A stretch of DNA of 62,957 bases from Octopus bimaculoides (taxonomy: Eukaryota): assembly GCF_001194135.2 (NCBI RefSeq), contig NC_068997.1, positions 38,456,054-38,519,010 on the forward strand, written 5' to 3'. How positions within the stretch are numbered: position 1 is the stretch's first letter; the number at the start of each line of letters is the position of its first letter. The notes beneath the pieces are model-generated. The model was given only the letters and a program-made list of their open reading frames with translations. It was not told the origin of the DNA and searched no databases. Made by a program: the position numbers and the translations under genes. This document shows, one piece after another, positions 24,435 to 37,859 of this stretch.

Positions 24435-24522
24435 TGCAGCTGAAGATTGCTCTTCATATTGCATTTAATGTAATGCTCGCATTACTTAAATAAATGGGGT
24501 AGCACGAAACGTGCGTACTGCA
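24435..24522 (+). ncRNA. hammerhead ribozyme motif (type I)
   Basis: tgcag CTGAAGA ttgctcttcat...gtaatgc-tc-gcattac...atggggtagcac GAAAC gtgc GTA ctgca. Stem I tgcag/ctgca, long stem II, GUA triplet at 24515-24517. Confidence 0.8.
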
Positions 24523-25007
24523 ATCATCTTTGAAATCCGTNNNNNNNNNNNNNNNNNNNNNNNNNNNNNNNNNNNNNNNNNNNNNNNNNNNNNNNNNNNN
24601 NNNNNNNNNNNNNNNNNNNNNNNNNNNNNNNNNNNNNNNNNNNNNNNNNNNNNNNNNNNNNNNNNNNNNNNNNNNNNNNNNNNNNNNNNNNNNNNNNNNN
24701 NNNNNNNNNNNNNNNNNNNNNNNNNNNNNNNNNNNNNNNNNNNNNNNNNNNNNNNNNNNNNNNNNNNNNNNNNNNNNNNNNNNNNNNNNNNNNNNNNNNN
24801 NNNNNNNNNNNNNNNNNNNNNNNNNNNNNNNNNNNNNNNNNNNNNNNNNNNNNNNNNNNNNNNNNNNNNNNNNNNNNNNNNNNNNNNNNNNNNNNNNNNN
24901 NNNNNNNNNNNNNNNNNNNNNNNNNNNNNNNNNNNNNNNNNNNNNNNNNNNNNNNNNNNNNNNNNNNNNNNNNNNNNNNNNNNNNNNNNNNNNNNNNNNN
25001 NNNNNNN

Positions 25008-25041
<34 letters not shown>

Positions 25042-25329
25042 TCTGAGTAAACTGTTATCTCCCAGCTTTAATCTAGCTAAACATTTTTGATTCTTAAAAA
25101 TACTTTTATTTTTGGATAAGATATTGTGTTTTCTTTTCCTTGAATGTAAAATTCGAGAAAAACCCTGTATACATACATACACACATACATACAAACATAC
25201 ATTACATACACACATACACACACACATACATACATGCATACATATATATATATAAACATACATACATACATACATGCATGCATGCATGCACGCATACATG
25301 TAGAGATAGATAGATAGATAGATAGATAG

Positions 25330-25650
25330 TAGCACTCCGTCGGTTACGACGATGAGGGTTCCAGTTGATCCAATCAACGGAAACAGCCTAATCGTGAAAT
25401 TAACGTGCAAGTGGCTGAGCACTTCATAGACACGTGTACCCTTAACGTAGTTCTCGGGGAGATTCAGCGGGAAACAGAATGTGCCGAGGCCGGCCCTTTG
25501 AAATACAGGTACCACTCATTTTTGCCAGCTGAATGGACTGGAGCAACGTGAAAATAAAGTGTCTTGCTCAAGGACACAATACATCGCCGGGAATTGAACT
25601 CACGACTTTACGATCGTAAGCCGAATACCCTAACTCCTGAGCCATGCGCA
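25330..25650 (-). mobile_element. tRNA-derived SINE, family C
   Basis: Minus-strand head gcgcatggctcaggagttagggtattcgg...gagttcaattcccgg...gtgtccttgagcaagacac; body matches 58462-58770. Confidence 0.85.
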
Positions 25651-25699
25651 TACATACATAAGCAGTTAATGAAAAACTTCGTTATTGTAAAAAATGACA

Positions 25700-27860
25700 T
25701 GAACGAAAAATGGTAAACAGAAAGTTTGCCCGAAACCCACAAGATGTATATGGCAGTATGAAAGCGATGCCATCAAGGTTGTAAATGCTCCTCCCCGGGA
25801 AGACCTAGAGTCATTCTGGCGGAGAATGTGGAATATGAACAAACGCGATGCAGCATGGTTAAACGACCTACAAAGTGAGTACTGTGTAAACACCTCTCCC
25901 AAAACATATCAACAGGGAAACACTTCTGACAGGTATTATCAAACTGCCGAATAGAAAATCACCAGGAAGAGACCTGATAATAGGCTACTGGTACAAAAAG
26001 TTCATGTTCTACAGGGTAATTCTTCCGAACCCGATTAAAAAAACAATGGATGATGCGTTAGATTTACAACATTGGCTGATGGTCTCACGGACTACTCTTA
26101 TTCCCAAGAACAAAAAGACCTATGTGGCCAAAAACTATAGGCCCGTAGCGTGCCTAAATGTTATTATAAACTGTACACAGGATGTCTAAATATGTTTCTC
26201 CAAGACCACTGCCAAACAAGTGAAGTGATAAGCGATGAACAGGCAGGAAAGAAGAAAGGAGTCTGGGTCTGTGGTGAACGGTTCCTCCTCAACAAAGCTG
26301 TCCTTATGGAAGCCAAGCAACATCGCCGTAATCTCCTAACGATATGGCTAGACTGCAAGGTGTTTGATTCTGTGCCCCACTCATGGGTAATAGAATCACT
26401 ACACCTTGCCAAAGTACCATCTGGGTGTGGGCAATATAGATGTTTATATATGTACATCAACGGCTTGTCTATTTCCTTTATCTCTAATGATGAATACAAT
26501 AAATTCCTCGAAATCGACGAGAATGTTGCATACATTGTTACTGTGACTAATGTCAGAATAACAAAAATGTAGTTCTGTAGACTCCCGAAAATATGGAACT
26601 CAGAGCTGCCTGCATTCAACAAGACCATATCTCAAAATGCTTTTTCAGTACTAGTGCTAGTGCCAATATTTGTGATATTGGACAGGACATTCGATGAGAT
26701 ATGCAGCATGGACATCAAAACCAGAAGGGTACTGACTACCACTGGCAACTTCTACATTAACAGTGACCCGATATGATTTATGTGAGACGAATTGAAGGTA
26801 ATAGAGACATTAGATCAGTCCAAACTGCCTTTGAATATCGCATTATATCACCCATACAACTCTTGTTGAACAGTAAAGAAAGAAACGTGTATATTCTATG
26901 CATACTCAAAAGTGATTGCAACAATATCTTCAGAGTTAGAGAACTGTTGAGCAGGTACTCTGAAAATACAATTGTCTCATGCGACCCAAAGGAGGCTGGA
27001 TTGGCCTACCTAAACAGAAACTTCGAGAAGCATGCATCATACCAACAGAAAGCAATGCATATGTACATATCCCATAAGCTAGGGGGCAATTTCAACATTG
27101 GCAGGATGAGTAGATTCTCCTGAACCTGCGATAGATACAGTACATTCCGCCTAGAAGGATATGCCTTCGCTATCCAGGAACAGGATAGCTACTAAATACC
27201 TGATAAACAAGAGGGTAAAGGTGGTGCCCCCAAACCTCCATGTTGTGATAAAAAGAAAATCGGCTCTGCTATACCAGTGTGGAAGAAATCACCCCACTTC
27301 ATCAGCAGCTGCCCTGAAACGTCTCTGAGATACTATCTGTCCTTGAGGCATGATACAGTTGCGAAGATTATTTACAATGCTATCCACAGGAAGGACTGCC
27401 CCGATATTTACATCAAATGCATGTCAGAACCAGCAGGTATTCACATTTTTAAAACAAGGAATACTGGTAGAACACACCAATAAAAACATCAATTCGGTGC
27501 AAGCATAACAGACCTGATATTGTTCTGTGGGACAGGGAACAAGAGTCATGCGCTGTTGTAGAGGCCAGTTGCCCAGTAGATGTGAATGTACAATCAAAAG
27601 ACCAGGGAAAAGAGAACATTTATGGCGAATTAATGTAGAACTCACGACTCTTGTACCCTGACTATGAATTCTCATATGTACCTGTCATCATAGGTGCATT
27701 AGTTTATGTACCAACAAATTCGTAGAAAAATCTAGAAATATTCGGTTTTACAGAAAAAGAGCAAAACAAACTGATGCGGATTCTCCAAATCCAATCTGTT
27801 AGTGGCAAAGCAAAGATTTGTAGGACATACCAAAAATTCTTCATCCGAGATTCTTATGTG
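25700..27860 (+). mobile_element. RLE-type non-LTR retrotransposon remnant (R4/Dong- or NeSL-like)
   Basis: YWYKKF; RTTLIPK..KNYRPVACLN; EQAGKKKGVW; WLDCKVFDSVPHSW; LRHDTVAKIIY; KHNRPDIVLWDR..VEASCPVDVN (PD-(D/E)xK endonuclease); VPVIIGAL. Confidence 0.85.
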
Positions 27861-27996
27861 AATACTTGGATGTATGCATCGACAATTCAGCCAACACACA
27901 AACTCAACCACATATTTACGAACACCGGGAACTCTCTCAAGAAGAACTTAAATTAAACTCTAAGAAAAGTCATACATATATTTGTGTGCGTGTGCA

Positions 27997-28015
27997 TGTG
28001 TGTGTATATATACGC

Positions 28016-28101
<86 letters not shown>
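27997..28101. repeat. (GT)n microsatellite
   Basis: Directly visible. Confidence 0.95.
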
Positions 28102-28103
<2 letters not shown>

Positions 28104-31100
28104 GAAATAAGCCTTTTGGAGTTTGGTTTTTAATGAATCTTTTCTTTGTTTTTCAACCGTTTGACGATAAGGAGCATTTTCCCAGTGTCTATTTTCATTA
28201 ATTTCATTGTAATTATAGTACATTAAATACGACGCAGGGCTTGCAGTTTGATTGAGTAGTTAGAATTAAGCTTCAGTGTCAAATGGGAAAAACTACAAAA
28301 GGGGACTCGAGTTCGCCATAAACATGTTTTTTTGTGTGTTTTTTTGTTTTTTTTACACATGTTTACGATTTATTCTTATCATTAAATGTAAACAAGCTAG
28401 CAAATTAGACTGAAGAAAACAAAATGAACAAACATCTCAAAACATTTCATACAACATGTAGTTGCTCTTTAAGAGACATATAGTAAAATATTTGCAGATG
28501 CATATATAAAAAATATAACAACCAAAAAATTAGTTTCTTATTACTACTTGATGTAAATAATTCCGTCATTCCTAATAAGAACAGCTGTTCTCTTAAGAAT
28601 GAGAATATTTTTTTTTAATAACTTCTTTAACAAATTTTGGGAGTTGCTAACGATGCCGCGAGATGTTTGTTTTCTTTCCCCATCTATGAGACAAAATTCA
28701 ATTCATTAAGATTTTTGTGAAGTACGTCTTTCTGTACATCAACATTTACTCGATTTATCTTAATCTACTTAATCCATGCCATTGGCAGATTTGAGTTGTT
28801 TCCCTTATCTTATTTTTCTTTAAATGATATTACTTTTCGTTTTTTCTTTTATTTTGTTGTTTTTTTGCTTTTCTTTCATAGTTTAAACATCATAGTGATT
28901 TTTCTCGCTTGGTCGTTTCAACTTGAACCAGAAACTAAGATAATAACTTTTCAGCACAAGACTTATAAGAAAAGAGTAAAGTTGTTTGTCTACTTCACAA
29001 GTTAATTTCCATCTAATGCCCGATAATGATAGTTCTTATGTACAATGGAAATGTCTATATTTTTAGTTCTTACATTCCAAAAATAACTTCTAACGTCGTC
29101 TAAATAGTTTAGCTAAGTACAAAGTAGATGAAGCCATGAGTATATAGTTACACAGACTAGCAGTCATACATAAATCAAAATAGCCGTTCAGAAAAAAATA
29201 TCTGGAAAGTTCTAAGGAAATGTTTAAAGGTCTTAAAAATCGTAGTGATATGATTAGAAATGTTACTACAATCAGCATTATATTTGTGTTGATATGAGAA
29301 AAATTATATTACAGAAAGGAGCGAGGAAAGCATTTTGCCCGGTGCGGTAACGATTCTACCAGTTCGCCACCTTAAGCTTTTAAAGTATATTGATTGCAAA
29401 CCAAAGCATGAGAATAAAGGCACAGACATAGCAAAAAAGAAAATATGTACCAATTCAACTGAAAATAGATAGAAATGAAGAAAGTTTTCAGACTATGTAA
29501 CTAACTGTGTAATCAGAGAAAATATAAACCAGGAAGAATATAATCTAGAAAAAATGTATATAACTTTAATAACGTAGGTATACTTAAAATATTTTATACT
29601 TTTTTTTATTCTGTACACGTGTGTATGTTAATGAAGAGATATCTTTTAGATAAAAAAACAAACCGTTTGACCGTAATTACTCATTTATATTATCATTTTT
29701 TTGCTTATTAATTTGGATGCAATTTTAAATATCTTATAATTAAATATCTTGGTTCAGGTATCTTAGCGAAAACTTTGCTATTAATTTTTTATGAAGCAGA
29801 CGTCCTTAGGTATTTCCCCACTCATTCTTTTCAGTTATCACTCCACTCAATATTAGTGAAAAACCTTTATCTTCTCTCGTCATTCTAAGATTTTGCAGTA
29901 AATGTTAGACTCTGTTTGCTTGTGTAGTCGTAATATTAAAGATAAGTCTGATGGAAAATATATAGGAAGAATATGGTAACTATAGTTAAAATATAAAATA
30001 GTTTCACGATTAATTCCAGTGAACGACTTGGCATGTGTTTTGTTAGGAATCAGAAACATGAGATTAGCATTTCATACGCAACAGAAGTTTATATTCTATA
30101 CAAGAAACTTAACCTCGGTGATTTGTATCCTAAGTTTTCAATTCTACTCATGTTATGATAGTACATCTGCTTAAAGATTCCTTCAATACTTCGGATAGTT
30201 CAGTGAAGTATATTCTTCGCTGAAGAGGTCTAATAAGTCCAAAATCTACCCAGAGTTGTCTTCCGTGCTTGCTCATTACTCATTGAGTTGATACTGTCCT
30301 TCTTTCACTACATAATTATTTTTAATTAAGTGATTAATGTCCACGATATTGAATATCTTAGCATTTACTTAACTTAGTCACTGTTTCACGTTTTACAATT
30401 TTAGAAGATGAAAAGTTGCGCTAGAGACACAAAGAGGTCAATGATTGATTCTCTATTTGTTTTCTTGATCTGCTTGAAATCGCAACCATATCTCCTTCGA
30501 TTGCACTTTATTGCAAATTAGATATTGAAGTACTAAACAACTATAAAAAGACGGGATGATCGTGACTGGAATGCCTTTCAATATATGTTTACTCCGTTAA
30601 GCTTGATCCGGGACTAAACACCAGTCAGACTCTTCAGACACAGTCTTTCAGTCCTACAGACTAAAATACATATATACATAAACAGTGCATTTTATTTGTA
30701 GAGTACACTGCATATGGCATTTATGTAATCGGTTGTTCAGTTTATTTCGTTTATTTTATCATAATATAAGTCTATTGATTGTGATTTATTGTGAAAGCTG
30801 TTTTATTGTGTGGACAAAGTAGGCAGGTGCAAAAGACATCCGAGATTCAATTGTAAAGTTAAAATTAAGGTTCATATTATTGTTGTTGAATCTGCTTTAC
30901 TTCTTGTGCATTGAAAGCAACATCCTCAAAAACAGATTTTCAACCAATTATATAATAATTTATTGCAATGAAATACTGCAAATTTTCAAGTTAAAGATGT
31001 TAATGCGACAGAGTCAGTATTAATACCGAGAGGTAATATTTCTAGACGTAGATATTCGGTTAGAACAAATGATACTGCGGTAGATACCATAAGAGAAACT

Positions 31101-32458
31101 CTCGTATATCGCTGGCGGGGAGATGAGTCGCTGTTATTTCTAGCCGTCGAGTGTTCATCATTGACAAAACCAAGGAAGGCCAAAATCACGTAATCTAGTG
31201 GACTCGGCGCTGGACGTGGCAGAGATTTATCTCTCCGATACCGATATAGACAAGAGTACATTTTACACCAAGAACTAATATGAGAGTTTCTTTCATGGTA
31301 TCTACCGCAGAATAGTTTGATTTGACTGAACATCCACGTTTAAGTGGGGATAATTATTACCCCTCAGTAATGCTTACATACTATGGTCGACTGAAGTTAG
31401 AGGCCCTGGTACATGTTTTAACCAAGAGCCTTAAATATTCTTAGGACGTCCAATTTTGTTATTACTAAGTGTTCAATAGCACAAGATTGCTATATAAACA
31501 AAATTCTGTTTGTAGATAGATTGTAAATTCACAAAGCATTTTGTGTTAAAAACATTTTCAACGATTCTGACAAAACAAAATAAAATACAATTGCCGGGTT
31601 TCGAAATCATTTAAGCTATTTAATTGAACAGGTTTCTGTAAAAAATTGTCTCCTTCAATAATAATTACTGTCATTTCCTTTTACCTTTGTTAAAACCAAA
31701 CAGTAATTTTATTTGACGATTTCAACAGCCTCACTTATAGAGTTCTTTTTCCCTCCAGGTTAAAAGTAAATGATGTGCGAAACTGAAAACACGGCTTACG
31801 TTTACTTTTATCTTATTCTCCTAAAGGATATCTATTTGTAGTGATTCAATGTTTTCCTTTATCCAAGACTAAAAATCGTACTTCAAAATGGTGATTCTAT
31901 AGAAAACACACACACACACACACACGTAAGTTTATACTGAATACAAATGTGTGCCCGTTTCTTGATTTTCTGTGCTTCTTTTTCTTTTCTATTTCCTTGT
32001 TTAGACGTTTGGGTGAATAGAACGACAGGAAAATGTTTGTAAATATTCTAAGAAAATGGATGTAGGTATAATAAAGATAACAATGAAATAGCCGATACTC
32101 GATACGTGATAAGATAACAATAGGTTTAGTGGTGTAATTTTTGTAAATATCGTACCAGCAAATTACGATAACTTCTTTTAAAGTTGCAAGCAAGAAGTAG
32201 ATCTATCAGATCCGTATTCTGTAAACCCTACCCTTTTCAAAAGCATAACTTCAAGTTAAATAACTATACTCTAATAATCCTTTTTGTACAAATAACTATC
32301 GCCTAATGATTATTTTGGTATAATGACTTCTTTGTTTTACAACACTAACTACATAAATTTCAGTTTCCTTGTTAAGTCGTTTAGATATGTCTTAATGTTT
32401 TGGAGTTGTAAAGTTTATTAATCATTCTTTGTATTTTAGTTACAGATTAAACCTCAAC

Positions 32459-33961
32459 ATGGATAGTACTATACACTTCGTGAAAACAATTCGAGGAAAA
32501 GAACAGCTCAGCTGAAAGCGCAACTTATTGGCGACATGAAGATCGAAAGTGTCCCAGCCGTCTAATCTTTAGCAGAAATCATAAAGTTATGAAAACTTCA
32601 GAGCACAACCATGCAGGCGGTAGTGAAAAAGTGCATGTGTTCCAAGCATTAAGCAAAATCAAAGAAAAAGCTCTTACAACATCAGAAATGCCTGCAGCAA
32701 TAATTTCTGACGCGATTAGTGAAGTCCCAAAAGGTTCCCAACCGCTGTTTCCTACCAATGCTTACATCACTCGAAATATTCGAAAAGTAAGAAATAAACA
32801 GCTTCTCAAGCTTCCAACATCACTGGCTGATGTAGATGTTCAAGGCAGATTTAGGATAACCTCGGGAGGAGAAAACAGGCTAGTACATGATAGTGGAGAA
32901 GATGATCAAGAAAGAATTTTGATTTTTTGCAGCACCATCATCCTTGCAAAAGCTAGGTTCATCAAAACACAGGTTTGGTGATGGAATTTTTGAAACATGC
33001 CCCAACATCTTTTACTAAATATATACAATTCATGCCGAAATCCACGGTGAAATACATCCTCTTGTTTTTGTATTGCTACCAGGGAAGTCGGAAGAAATTT
33101 ACGTTAAAATGTTGCATGCTCTTGTAGAATGAATGGAAGCTAACGGAATTGAAATTGAAATAACAGAGGTAAGCATAGACTTTGAACTGGCAACTCGAAA
33201 TGCATTTCGAGCTGCCAGTTGGAGAAAAACTTAGCAATTGGGACTTTATAATAATAATATAATAATAATGATATAAACTTTTCTTTATTCTGTCAAAAAG
33301 GGAACGCTTTGGCCTTTCTATATGTTGCTGTTGTACTAATAGGACTGCAATACTTGAAACAAAGTGCATCTGAAAATGCATTGCTGTTTATTGAATACAT
33401 AGAAAATACTTTTGTAAATGGACTGCTAAGAAGAAATGGAAGACGGTCAAAGCCATTTTCAATACCTGAATGGAATGTTTACGAATTCACACTTTATGGT
33501 AAAGCACGTACAATTAATTCTATTGAAGCATGGCATAGGCGATTTAATGTCTTAGTTAGATCCCATTCAAATCTATATAATGTTCTTGATGTTCTAAGAA
33601 GAGAAAAACAAATCATCAAAGCAATGTTATCTCAACTTACCGTAGGTGCAAGCCCCAAGAAGAAAATTACCAAAGCAACAAGAAGAGAGGAAAGAATATT
33701 ACAAGTTGTTGCTAATTAGCAGAATCGATCAATGGAAGATTACTTTCGTAGTATTGCACATGATCTGGGCTCTTTTAAAATTTCGTTTTCATTTTATTTT
33801 TATTGTAATAAATGTATATTCTATTTCAAGCATATATATTACGCATATTTGTAATTTAGTTATAAATAGATATAATCAGACAAGTTTTGTTATACCTAAC
33901 CTAAGTATCGATTTACCAAAGTGTCTTAGACTAAAGTGGTTTAGACCAAAGTGCCGTATCC
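32459..33961 (+). mobile_element. Mutator-like (MULE) transposase pseudogene with right terminus
   Basis: ATG at 32459; FLYWCH-like SEHNH; GDGIFETCP..IYTIHA..PLVFVLLPGKSEEIY; SIDFELATRNAF; EWNVY..RTINSIEAWHRRFN. Three 15-bp subterminal repeats at 33915-33961. Confidence 0.85.
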
Positions 33962-33996
33962 TACACACACACACACACGCACATATATATGCGCAA

Positions 33997-34271
33997 ACAT
34001 GGCTGTGTGGTTCCGGGTTCAGTCCCACTGCGTGGCACCCTGGGCAAGTACCTTCTACTATAGCCTCGAGCCGACTAAAGCTTTGTGAGTGGATCTGGCA
34101 AACGGAAATTGAAAGAAACCCGTTGTATATGTATGTATGTATATATCTATCTATGTATATATACGTATATATCTATGCATGTGTGTATCTGTGTTTGTCC
34201 TCCCACCATTTGATAACCGGCGTTGGTGTGTTTATGTCCCTGTAACTTAGTGGTTTGGCAAAAGAGATCGA
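33997..34271 (+). mobile_element. SINE family A
   Basis: catggctgtgtgg..ttccgggttcagtcccactgcgtggcacc; internal (TA/TG)n; 3' half runs into the gap. Confidence 0.9.
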
Positions 34272-34371
34272 NNNNNNNNNNNNNNNNNNNNNNNNNNNNN
34301 NNNNNNNNNNNNNNNNNNNNNNNNNNNNNNNNNNNNNNNNNNNNNNNNNNNNNNNNNNNNNNNNNNNNNNN

Positions 34372-34415
<44 letters not shown>

Positions 34416-35325
34416 CGTACATGTGTGCGCATTTAGCTGCCAAAGCTAAAAGCAACTCTTCCTCAGACATCACTTGCTACTCCACACAGCTACGTTCACA
34501 CGCCAAACATCTTCCAACTCTTTTCTGACTACCTAGCTATTATCATCATTATGCACTCATCAATGAACAAAGAAAAAATACTCCTCCAAACTTCAAAAGA
34601 GCTTAGTGGTATCGATTCCATCAGGAAGCAGAATCTAAATTTGCAGAATTCAACATAACCACAGAAAAAAAAATTGCAAGATAAGCTACTGCACACTAAG
34701 AGTCAACAAAATAATTTTAAACGCATCAAACAAAAATGTACCTGCAGGTCAACACAAAATTATACATCCCCAATTACACAACAGAAATAGCCAACATGAT
34801 AAACACTGCACACAACCAAATAATACAATGCGCCAACACTTCAGAGTAGAATTAAGTCAAACATCTAAAAGATAAAATTAAGTCAAACATCTAAAATGTA
34901 GAAATCGGTAACCAGGCACACATTTATATTTAACATAAGCAACATAGCAAACAGCAAAAACTTTATATAGAATAGTCAATAGCATCAAAAACGGCAGCGT
35001 CACACTGCACATTACTCCACTATAACAATCTCAAATAAGATAATATCTAAACCCACTTAAATGTGGATGCTGTTAGAACAAATTATACGTTTAAGTAGGT
35101 TAAGTGGGGATAAATATTACTTATAAACAATACTGCCTCTGTCGCTAATATATAATCTCAACTAATATATTTCATTGCAATACCAAAAGTCGCAGTAACA
35201 AGACAGATATACAAAATGAAAATGTTTCACAGAGAGAATATTTTGAAATTTTCCTTTGAACCAAATGAGCCTATATGTAACAACTATTGATACATTTACA
35301 AGCAAAATATCACAAAAATGTACAA

Positions 35326-35483
35326 AGATTTATCCTTGGTTCCCGGCTAAAATGTCCTCCAAAACGGATCAGTCAGTTGACTCATGTCGACGCACAGAAT
35401 CTCCTCGAGAATGTCTTCGGTCTTTCCCATTACTAACTCTCTATAGAACGTCATGGTGAAAATCTCACCGACCTCACTATCTG
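35326..35483 (-). mobile_element. Tx1-like ORF2 fragment
   Basis: Near-identical reverse complement of 39331-39490. Confidence 0.75.
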
Positions 35484-35539
35484 ACTGGTAGAATCATTTT
35501 AATTTAAAGTATAAACGCTGTTTGCACGTACTTTGTTTT

Positions 35540-36660
35540 TCTTTCTGAATTACTTTTCTTACTTTTGACAATACAAACGCATCAGTTGTATCAACATTTA
35601 TGTTTTCAATTCCTTTACGTTCGACGCCGAGAAAGACTGTAGCAGAATGTTACACATAGCTCATTGAATTAAACTTCTCAAATATGAACGTGTTCAACTT
35701 GCTGAAACATCACTCACAGTTGACAACAGAAGTTGTCATGGTGAATGTCATCTGAATAATTACTCTCGATTCTGGAATCACATTTTCCTCTTCATGCTGA
35801 ACAATTCACTTATTTAATATTTACAATATGAATGGTATTCGATCTAATTGACTTAGCACCTCCTCAGACGTTGCTGGCATTGTGCCAAATTTTGAAACCA
35901 ATATGAATGGTATTTCTTCTTAATTCAATCAAATAGTAATTCTCTACCATCAAAATGAAAGCCAAATTTTGAATTCAAGTCAGACAAATCTTTCTTCCTA
36001 TTTCATAATGGAGACGATCAATAGTTTCTCTTATTATTCTTATTTCTTTCGCAGATAACCTTACATACTTGGCACCGTTTTTGTTTTTTGTTTTCTTTTT
36101 TTGTTTTTTTTTTGTTTGTTTGTTTTTTGTTTTTTTGTTTTTTTTTTTTGTTTTTTTACCAAACTTCATTTCTTTCTGTCTCGTCTTTTATTCGAAAATT
36201 TCATATATCACACAGTTTTCGCCCATTTTCAAATGATTTCTCTGGAAAGCATTTGAAATTTCACTGAGTACCTGCTTTGTATCAGCAGTTCTAGCTTTGA
36301 TCATCAACTATACTTTACAAAAATATTCCGCCGCGATATCAAACTGTTCATGAACTGATTTCACGGACCCTTCTCTGGAATTCAATCTTGTTTTAAGATC
36401 AGGTTTGGCAACTATTTATTTTGCCGACAGGGAGTTGAGTTGGAAAAGAACGACCAAAGTGACCGTATTGGCTAGCAAGATGCTCTCCAAACAAATACAA
36501 GGAATGATTATCATAATTAAGAAAATTCTCTTCGCAGCTTTTTCCTTAATCCTATGATTAACACCACATTCATAATCAACCATAGAGCAACAGTGTCTTC
36601 CAAATATATTTCATCTTTTGCCAATTGTTCCAAAGTTATTTCCACTATGTTTTTGGAATC
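35540..36660 (-). mobile_element. hAT-superfamily transposase remnant
   Basis: TTSVVNCE*CFSKLN (hAT dimerisation domain, SxxxxERxFS); IPCIC motif; DEIYLEDTVAL segment resembling the region around the second catalytic Asp. Heavily decayed and interrupted. Confidence 0.55.
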
Positions 36661-36909
36661 CTTTAGCTATATTGTGAGTGTGTGCGTGTGTGTATGTGTG
36701 TGCGCATGTGTGTGTATGTGTGTGCGTGCGCGCGCGCGTACATGCGTGTGTTTATGTGTGTGTGTGTGAGTGTACATATATTTAACAACATACAGAAAAC
36801 AGATATGGTATTCAATGTTTTATAGAACATACACGCTTTTCCGAAAATTACCATCATTATTATATAACAAAAGCATTATACTATCTTACAAACTTCACTT
36901 CAGTGTTCC

Positions 36910-37855
36910 GCTAAGCAGACCGGAAGCAACACCTGACTGATAATGGAAAGAAAAACCACTTTAATTTCCAAAAACAAGGACACCATCCCTCTACAAAACT
37001 ACGGGCCCTTTCATCAGTTGTATGCAACCCACATCTGGAGACCTATGTTTTACTAGATGAACGAAAAGGTTGGCTTGAAAGAGACATATGGCCTTAAAGA
37101 AAAGTTACAGGCGAACTGGAATATTGTAGAGCACAGTAAGAAAAAAACAAATCTCAACATGGCATCGATTGACTACCAGTAAGTTTTCGACCGCATTTCA
37201 CAATCGTGGATAATGAAGTCATTATACCCAAAACTACTAGAATATGTCACTCATCGATGACAAAATAAGATTGGAAAAAGAGAAAAGACCGTGAAAACCA
37301 GTCTTACATTCATAAGAAGAGGTATCTTCTATAGTAACTCTTTGCCCCATCTACTTTTCTGCCTTACTCTGACACTACTAACAAATTTACTGAATGAAGC
37401 TACCATGGCATACAGATGCTATAAGCAAAATATGAATCATCTCTTTATTGAAGACTTAAAAACTTTTACAGACTACACTGAAACAGTAAATTTAGATAAC
37501 AACGCAAGAGAAATGGTAAAACATACAAACTCACATTAAAACAAAATTACAAAACGTAGTGAAGAAGAAATGGAGAGAAAGACCACTCCGTGACCAATAC
37601 TCTGCAAGGATCGAAAGAGAAGTAAGCAAAAATGGAAGCCAACAATGACTTAAATGCTCCGGTCTAAAAGCAGAAACTGAAGGACTGATTCTCGCTGAAC
37701 AAGTCTACTGTCTGGTCAGAGTCAATTATAAGAACAAAATAATGAAAATAGATCTTTGAATCAAATGCAGAATGTGCAATCAGTACAATGAGACAGTTGG
37801 CCGCATCATCTCCGTTGCCAAATATGAATAGAGACACAGGCATGATCGAGTTGTG
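36910..37855 (+). mobile_element. RLE-type (R4-like) LINE remnant
   Basis: RKTTLISK..QNYGP; IDYQ*VFDRISQSW; RRGIFYSNSLPHLLFCL; NHLFIEDLKTF; AETEGLILAEQ; CRMC; RHDRV. Confidence 0.75.
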
Positions 37856-37859
37856 AGAA

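Noticed and set aside
30190-30220. CTGAAGA ggtc-taataa-gtcc aaaa
   Set aside because: Needs two or more changes to form a core, and has no stem I or III.
29900-31333. Possible decayed LINE endonuclease/RT on the minus strand
   Set aside because: Only one weak LIP..K..KSF motif; not diagnostic.
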